Assembly: GCA_964354795.1 (NCBI GenBank)
Contig: CAYHBB010000016.1
Coordinates: 4,084-68,083 of the forward strand
DNA from: an uncultured Planctomycetales bacterium
GTDB lineage: Bacteria > Omnitrophota > Gorgyraeia > Gygaellales > Profunditerraquicolaceae
Length of the DNA: 64,000 nt
Direction of reading: 5' to 3'
In this document: positions 56,746 through 64,000 of the stretch, piece by piece
Position numbering within the stretch: position 1 is the stretch's first letter
How the letters are laid out: every line of letters begins with the position of its first letter
The notes under the pieces: generated by a model
The model's database searches: none
What the model saw: the letters and a program-made list of their open reading frames with translations, nothing else
Told to the model about the DNA's origin: nothing
Made by a program: the position numbers and the translations under genes

Positions 56746-57811
56746 TTCGCTTGGCTTCCTGCTTCTTTTCTTCCGCTGCCTTGATCAGAGCGTCAGAGAG
56801 CTCTTCCAGCTTGCCCTCAAGCATCCCTTCCAGCTGGTGCGAGGTAAAATTTATCCGGTGGTCAGTGACCCTGCGGTCGGGGAAATTATAAGTACGGATC
56901 TTTTCGCTGCGGTCTCCAGTGCCGATCTGGCCCTTGCGCTCAGCGGAGACCTTCTTTGCCTCAGCTTCTATCTTCATATCCAGAATCTTGGCGCGCAGGA
57001 TCCTCAAAGCCTTGGTCTTATTTTTAAGCTGCGAGCGCTCGTCCTGGCAGGCTACCACAGCTCCCGTAGGAATGTGAGTAATGCGCACCGCGGAATCCGT
57101 TTTTTGCATATGCTGCCCGCCCGGGCCGCTTGAACGGTAAGTGTCTATTCGTAGGTCCGACGGCAGGATCACAAGGTCTACTTCTTCGGGCTCCACAAAC
57201 ACCGCGACAGTCGCGGTTGAGGTGTGGATCCTGCCCTGGGACTCGGTCTCAGGCACGCGCTGCACCCGGTGCACTCCGCTTTCATAGCGCAGCCTTTTAA
57301 AGGCGTCCTTGCCCTTGACGCTGAAAGACACTTCCTTTAAGCCGCCTGACTCATTGCTGCTTGAAGACATCACTTCCACTGTCCAACCCTTGCTGTCCGC
57401 GTACATCTTGTACATGCGGTAAAGGTCAGCGGCAAAAAGACCTGCCTCGTCTCCACCGGTGCCCTGGCGGATCTCGACGATGATATCGCGTCCGGCGAAC
57501 TCATCCTCTTCAGCGAGCTCTTCCTTGATCTTCGCCTCGACATCGGCGACTTTATTTTTCAGCTCCTCAAGCTCAAGTTTCGCCATATCCACGAAATCCC
57601 GGTCATGCTTTTCCTTAAGCACCGTCTCAAGGTCCCGCATCTCTTTAGCCAAGCGTTTATGCTCGCGGTACAAACCCACCGGCTCACGCAAAGACGCCAG
57701 CTCCTTGGCCAGCTTGCTAGACTTCTCCCGGTCAGTAGCTACTTCGCAAGAAGCAAGCAACTGCTCCAGCTCTTCGTAACGAGCGACTAATTTTTGTAAT
57801 TGATCTAACAT
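56738..57811 (-). CDS. prfA: Peptide chain release factor 1
   Basis: PET tripeptide, GGQ, IRTYN. Confidence 0.96.
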   Translation of the reverse strand: MLDQLQKLVARYEELEQLLASCEVATDREKSSKLAKELASLREPVGLYREHKRLAKEMRDLETVLKEKHDRDFVDMAKLELEELKNKVADVEAKIKEELAEEDEFAGRDIIVEIRQGTGGDEAGLFAADLYRMYKMYADSKGWTVEVMSSSSNESGGLKEVSFSVKGKDAFKRLRYESGVHRVQRVPETESQGRIHTSTATVAVFVEPEEVDLVILPSDLRIDTYRSSGPGGQHMQKTDSAVRITHIPTGAVVACQDERSQLKNKTKALRILRAKILDMKIEAEAKKVSAERKGQIGTGDRSEKIRTYNFPDRRVTDHRINFTSHQLEGMLEGKLEELSDALIKAAEEKKQEAKRNG

Positions 57812-57819
57812 TTAATGAG

Positions 57820-57941
57820 CCCACAACTTATGGAACGCCTGCCGAAGGCAGGCAGTGAACATAAGTTGTTTGGGCGAATTAATCCCGTCGAATGCGCCAA
57901 AAATTATGAAATAATTTTTGGCAGCGTTTATGAGACGGGAT
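57820..57941. repeat. Two nested hairpins; the second (57882-57941) is family B copy 2
   Basis: ATCCCGTC-GAATGC...ATGAAA...GCGTTTATGA-GACGGGAT. Confidence 0.65.
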
Positions 57942-57960
57942 AAATATATTATGTCCTCAC

Positions 57961-58161
57961 TTATTTTTTCCCATACTTCTTCATAAACTTATCTATACGG
58001 CCGGCGGAATCAACCAGCTTATGCTTTCCGGTGAAAAACGGATGGCACTTGGAGCAGATCTCAACCCGGATACTCGGCTTAGTTGAACGGGTGTGGATCG
58101 TCTCGCCGCAGGCGCAAACAATCGTGGCTTCTTTGTAGTTTGGGTGGATTTTCTCTTTCAT
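57961..58161 (-). CDS. rpmE: 50S ribosomal protein L31 (Zn-binding type)
   Basis: [22 protein letters not shown]. Confidence 0.96.
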   Translation of the reverse strand: MKEKIHPNYKEATIVCACGETIHTRSTKPSIRVEICSKCHPFFTGKHKLVDSAGRIDKFMKKYGKK

Positions 58162-58286
58162 TATTTCCTCCTAAATTTACCCGCTATTACGGGTAGGTAA
58201 ATTACCCCGCAGCCTGCCCCAAAAATATCGAAGACTCCCTTGTGGGGCCGAAGAGATTTTTGGGGCGTTTAGGCAAGGGGTTATTC

Positions 58287-59530
<1,244 letters not shown>

Positions 59531-59552
<22 letters not shown>

Positions 59553-60154
59553 AACAACACTCTCCTTATTTCATCTACCTGTTTCTTTGTTTGCGCTAAA
59601 CTACCGTCATTATCTATTACAAAATCCGCAATGGATATCTTTTTCTTAAGTTTGATTTGTGAGTTTATGCGTTTTAATATACCGGCTCTATCTAGTGAAC
59701 ACCTCCTTTGGAGCCTTTTTACCTGGTTGATTTGATTAGCCGTAACCACCACAACTTTATCTACTTGCCTTTGCAGCCCTGCCTCGATCAAAAGCGGCGC
59801 ATCCAGGACTACCAATCCGGATTTAGCGGCCCTGACCCTACGCCTGATCTCACGGATCACCTCAGGATGGATGATGCTGTTTAATTTAAGCAGCCTGCGG
59901 TGGTCGTCAAAGACCACCTCCCCCAGGCGCCTGCGATCAATTGTCTTATTTACGCAGAGTACGCCTTTGCCGAATATAGAAATTATTTTTTTGTACGCCG
60001 CGCTCCCCGGACGCAGGCACTCATGAGCCAGAGAATCTGCGTCAATAACGCAGGCACCACTTTTCTTAAAGATTCCGGCGACAGTACTTTTGCCGCTGCC
60101 GAAACTTCCGGTGATTCCGATTACAACCTTAAATCTTCGCTTTTGCCTTGGCAT
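59531..60154 (-). CDS. coaE: Dephospho-CoA kinase
   Basis: [23 protein letters not shown]. Confidence 0.94.
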
Positions 60155-60186
60155 ATAGCTTTACGTATTCCGCTCCCCTTAAGCGG

Positions 60187-60275
60187 CTACCCCCAACTTT
60201 AAAGGTAAAGTTGGGGTGCCGTCCAGAAAGGACGCACCCAGCTTCCTTTTAGCTGGGGTGCCGCCTTCTGCGGCT
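60187..60275. repeat. Family A hairpin cluster
   Basis: CCCCAACTTTAAAGGTAAAGTTGGGG and CACCCAGC...GCTGGGGTG hairpins. Confidence 0.72.
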
Positions 60276-63200
60276 ACTTACCAATTTTTTTGACCCGCAA
60301 TATATGGGCGGGCGTTACGGCAGGATCGAGTTCGACATAGTTCCACTCGCCCTTCCAAGCAAAAGTCTTTTTGCTTAATAAATCCTCGACTTCATAATAG
60401 TCATCGGCCGACAAGCCGAGGTCTTCTAACGGCACGCTTACCAGGCCCGCATGCGTATTGTGCGGGTCGACATTCACAACAGTCAAGATCACATTTGACA
60501 GATCCTCGGTGGCCTTCACGTAAGAAAGCATGTTTGGGTTATTCGTTTCCCTGACGCTTATATTGTTTGTCTCCTGAAGCGCCGGGTTCTCCTTCCTGAT
60601 CTTGTTTATAAGGGTGATTTCTTTCTTGATATTGCCCGCAGCGTTCAGATCCCAATCTTTCAGTTCGTACTTTTCGTTGTTTGCATACTCTTCTTTCCCC
60701 GGATAGGGCTCGTTCTGGCATGTTATATAAGCACCCCCGTATATCCCGTAATTCGAAGAAATGGTCCCGGCAAGGACGAGCCGTATGATAAAAGCGCTCC
60801 TGCCGCCTTTCTGCAGGTACTCATGCAGGATATCGGGAGTATTCGGCCAGAAATTCGGCCTGAAAAACTCGGCGGAGGCGGTCTTCGTCAGGTCATTGAT
60901 ATATTCGGCAAGCTCATTCTTTGTATTTCTCCAGGTAAAGTAAGTGTATGACTGTGAAAAACCGATTTTGGCAAGCATGTTCATCATCTTAGGCCTGGTG
61001 AACGCCTCGGCAAGAAAGAGCGCGTCCGGGTATTCTTTTTTCACCTCAGCTATCACCCATTCCCAGAAGGCGATCGGTTTTGTGTGGGGATTATCCACCC
61101 TGAATATCCTCACCCCCCTTTCCGCCCAGAAAATAAAGATGGATTTTAGCTCTTCCCACAGCTCCTTCCAGTTGTCCGTCCTGAAATTAAAAGGCACGAT
61201 ATCTTCATATTTCTTCGGGGGATTTTCAGCGTATTGGATAGTCTTGTCCGGCCTCCATAAGAACCACTCAGGGTGCTCTTTGATATACGGGTGGTCATTT
61301 GAACACTGGAAAGCGATATCAAGGGCTATTTCCATCCCGTATTTTTCGGCCTTGGCGACCAGTGAGGCAAAGTCATCAAACGTACCCAGCTGGGGATGTA
61401 TTGCCTTATGCCCGCCCACTTTTGCTCCCACTGCCCAGGGGCTGCCCGGATCTAGAGCTGCCGCTTTGAGAGAATTATTCCTCCCCTTCCTGTTCCCGGC
61501 CCCTATGGGATGGATGGGCGGCAAATATAGGACATCAAAGCCCATACCCGCGATTTCCGGGATCAGCTTTTCGCAATCTTTAAAGGTCCCGTGCCTGCCG
61601 GAGGAGCCCGAAGTTGAACGGGGGAAGATCTCATACCAGGTGCTAAACATTGCCCTGTTCCTCTCCACTTTCACTTCGAGTTCGTTGTGATATTGCGCGA
61701 TAAGGGCCTTTTCGGGATATTTTTTCATGACCTCAAGGAGTTCAGTGCTTAGGGCTGCCTTTATCCCATCCTTGCCCTTATGCTTGATTTTTTCAATATA
61801 CCCGGACAATTTTTTTCTGTCTTTATCTTGCGCCCTTGCCAGCGTTTCTTCTATGAGGGAAACGCCTATTAAAAGGTCTACGGCAACATCCTGACTTACT
61901 GCGATCTTTTTCTCAAGGTCATTCTGCCATGTCTTAAAATGGTCGATCCAGGAGCGTATCGTATAAAAGTAGGTTCCTTCTTTCTCGATCTTAAAATCCC
62001 CGAACCATTCGTCGTTATATTTTAGGGTTAGTTCAATTTCTTGCCAAGTTTTATCCGAAGCGTGGCAATAATATAGATATGCCGCCTTCTCATCGTGCCC
62101 GTCTGAAATAATATGGGCTTTTACATTCACGCGCTGCCCGGGCACTCTTTTTATCGGATATTTTCCATTGTCCACCTCAGGCAGGACCTTTTCAATAGTC
62201 ACCCGCTGCTTGCCTAAGATATCCGCCGCGCTCTTTTTCTCAATAAGGTGCTTATAAAAATCAAGTGTCTCTTCGGCAATGCTTTTCCAGCTGAAAAATT
62301 CCACTACCCGCTGCCTGGATCTGAGCCCCATGCTTTTGAGTTTATCGGGGGAGTCTATGATCGAATTGATGGCGAAAGCCAGGTCCTGCGAGAATTTTTC
62401 CGGCTCAACTGGCTCAAAGTCATTCGCGCCTTTGGGTTTGATCGGCACCAGAAACCCTGTCTCACCAGGGACTACGACTTCAGGGATACCTCCCACTTTT
62501 GTCGCGACTACCGGGGTCTCGCATGCCATTGCTTCGATATTGATCATACCGAAAGGCTCGTAAACCGAGGGGCATACAAAAAGCGCTGCCTGCGAATAAA
62601 GCGCTATTGTATCTTCCCTGGAGACCATCTCCTCTATCCATATGACTTTATTTTTTGTTTCCTTTCTGACTTTGCTGACCCTGACTTTCATCTCCTCGGC
62701 AATTTCTTTGGTGTCGGGTGCCCCCGCGCATAAAACCACCTGATGCCCCGCCTTGATGTGCTTAATGGCGTTGACCAGATGGATGATCCCTTTTTGCCTG
62801 GCGATCCTACCGACAAAAAGTATATACGGGATCTTCGGGTCTATTTTATATTTATCAAGGACCGCCTTGTCCCTGACCGGCTTGTAAAGGTTTAAGTCAA
62901 TGCCGTTATAAATCACTCTGATCCTGTCAGAAGGCACGCCATATAGGTCCCTGACATCTTTTCTCATTGCCTTGGAGACCGCTATGACGCCGTCAGCGTT
63001 TTGATAAGCGGTCTTTTCAATCCAGGAACTCGCGTTATAGGCGGTGCCGAGCTGCTCGAATTTCCACGGCCGGTGCGGCTCCAGGGAATGGGTCGTCAGG
63101 ACAAGGGGGACGTTTAGCAGCTGTTTTATCAGCATACCCGCGAAATGGCTGTACCAGGTGTGGCAATGCACTATATCGACACCGTCAAGCTGGCCTGAAA

Positions 63201-63453
63201 TGATGATGTCTTTGAGCATGGCGTCCAGGAACTTCTTGTGCCGCTCGTCCTTGACCGGGAAATCATACTGGGCGTTGACTCCCTCCACGCTTAAGTTGCC
63301 CCTCGCAGCCTTCTGGTTTCCAAAACAAAAGACTTTAACCGTGTGCGCGCCGTTATCCAGCTTGGAAAGTTCGCGGGTCAGATGTTCAACATGAACACCG
63401 GCGCCGCCATATATATTCGGAGGGTATTCGTTTGTCAGGATGGCTATTTTCAT
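60274..63453 (-). CDS. Fusion of GT4 maltose-1-phosphate synthase (GlgM/actinobacterial-type GlgA) and GH13_3 maltosyltransferase GlgE
   Basis: N-half TNEYPP..YGGAGVH, HTWY, HSLEP.RPWK.EQLG; C-half WYEIFPRS, ENPPKKYEDI, RVDNPHTKP, LAEAFT, NTPDIL; one uninterrupted frame. Confidence 0.9.
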   Translation of the reverse strand: MKIAILTNEYPPNIYGGAGVHVEHLTRELSKLDNGAHTVKVFCFGNQKAARGNLSVEGVNAQYDFPVKDERHKKFLDAMLKDIIISGQLDGVDIVHCHTWYSHFAGMLIKQLLNVPLVLTTHSLEPHRPWKFEQLGTAYNASSWIEKTAYQNADGVIAVSKAMRKDVRDLYGVPSDRIRVIYNGIDLNLYKPVRDKAVLDKYKIDPKIPYILFVGRIARQKGIIHLVNAIKHIKAGHQVVLCAGAPDTKEIAEEMKVRVSKVRKETKNKVIWIEEMVSREDTIALYSQAALFVCPSVYEPFGMINIEAMACETPVVATKVGGIPEVVVPGETGFLVPIKPKGANDFEPVEPEKFSQDLAFAINSIIDSPDKLKSMGLRSRQRVVEFFSWKSIAEETLDFYKHLIEKKSAADILGKQRVTIEKVLPEVDNGKYPIKRVPGQRVNVKAHIISDGHDEKAAYLYYCHASDKTWQEIELTLKYNDEWFGDFKIEKEGTYFYTIRSWIDHFKTWQNDLEKKIAVSQDVAVDLLIGVSLIEETLARAQDKDRKKLSGYIEKIKHKGKDGIKAALSTELLEVMKKYPEKALIAQYHNELEVKVERNRAMFSTWYEIFPRSTSGSSGRHGTFKDCEKLIPEIAGMGFDVLYLPPIHPIGAGNRKGRNNSLKAAALDPGSPWAVGAKVGGHKAIHPQLGTFDDFASLVAKAEKYGMEIALDIAFQCSNDHPYIKEHPEWFLWRPDKTIQYAENPPKKYEDIVPFNFRTDNWKELWEELKSIFIFWAERGVRIFRVDNPHTKPIAFWEWVIAEVKKEYPDALFLAEAFTRPKMMNMLAKIGFSQSYTYFTWRNTKNELAEYINDLTKTASAEFFRPNFWPNTPDILHEYLQKGGRSAFIIRLVLAGTISSNYGIYGGAYITCQNEPYPGKEEYANNEKYELKDWDLNAAGNIKKEITLINKIRKENPALQETNNISVRETNNPNMLSYVKATEDLSNVILTVVNVDPHNTHAGLVSVPLEDLGLSADDYYEVEDLLSKKTFAWKGEWNYVELDPAVTPAHILRVKKIGK

Positions 63454-63475
63454 CTTCTTCTTGGCATCGCGATCT

Positions 63476-64000
63476 TCATGCCGGCTCCATTTCCAGCCAG
63501 TTGTCCCCGGCCTTGACATCCACCTTTACTGGGACATCCAGCTTAAGCACGTTCTCCATGCGCTCTCTGACCAGCGCGGTCAGCTCCTCGAGCTCCGCTT
63601 TCTCAACGTCAAAAAGCAGCTCATCATGTATCTGCAGGATCATTTTTGACTTGAGCTTTCTGACTTTAAACTCTTTATGTATATCGATCATCGCCAACTT
63701 TATCAGGTCAGAGGCTGAGCCCTGTATCGGAGTATTTACTGCCTGCCTTTCGGCAAACTGGCGCAGCATCATATTCTTGCTGAGGATCTCCGGGACATAC
63801 CTGCGCCGGCCCATGATAGTGGTGACAAACCCATCGTTTTTCGCCCGCTCGATTTGGCCATCAATATAATCTTTAACTTGCGGATAGGTAACGAAATAAG
63901 CATCAATAAACCCCTGTGCTTCCTCTAATCCGATGCCTAAATCCCGGCTTAAACCGTAGGAAGTAAGGCCATAGACTATCCCGAAATTCACTCTCTTAGC
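63476..64000 (-). CDS. polA: DNA polymerase I, C-terminal part (5'-truncated by window)
   Basis: NFGIVYG, GRRRY, NTPIQGSASD, QIHDEL. Confidence 0.96.
   Translation of the reverse strand, partial: AKRVNFGIVYGLTSYGLSRDLGIGLEEAQGFIDAYFVTYPQVKDYIDGQIERAKNDGFVTTIMGRRRYVPEILSKNMMLRQFAERQAVNTPIQGSASDLIKLAMIDIHKEFKVRKLKSKMILQIHDELLFDVEKAELEELTALVRERMENVLKLDVPVKVDVKAGDNWLEMEPA

Overview
Bacterial genomic DNA, almost all genes on the - strand. Gene content and order suggest a PVC-superphylum / Omnitrophota-like diderm (inference). Three zones. (1) 1-13.3 kb: a large peptide-modification (RiPP) locus that runs off the left edge. It has five radical SAM enzymes (one partial), four Lys-rich precursor peptides that all carry a V-[E/A]-G-Q junction before a Trp- or Cys-rich tail, a stand-alone GAF protein coupled to a minimal S8 protease, and a separate ATP-grasp ligase/precursor pair. 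The four precursors are two duplicated NHLP-leader precursors with (WxxP)x3 cores, one 58-aa precursor absent from the ORF track, and one Cys-rich precursor. A caspase-like lipoprotein module interrupts the locus. (2) 13.3-24.2 kb: an array of unrelated accessory genes, mostly secreted (Het-C-like, TPR, serpin, FkbM, EPS synthase module). They are separated by recurring copies of one promoter/inverted repeat and by loxP/dif-like palindromes, and the array ends near a dif-like site. This looks like a recombination-built cassette array, but no recombinase is in the window. (3) 24.5-64 kb: core genome with RND efflux, galT, ispH, csp, glgP, a T2SS-like gsp cluster, trpGDCF, murA, prmC, prfA, rpmE, rho, coaE, a GlgM(GlgA)-GlgE fusion and the polA 3' end, plus several families of intergenic palindromic repeats. 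No rRNA, intact tRNA, CRISPR array or transposase was seen. All family assignments come from motif recognition by eye, not from database searches.
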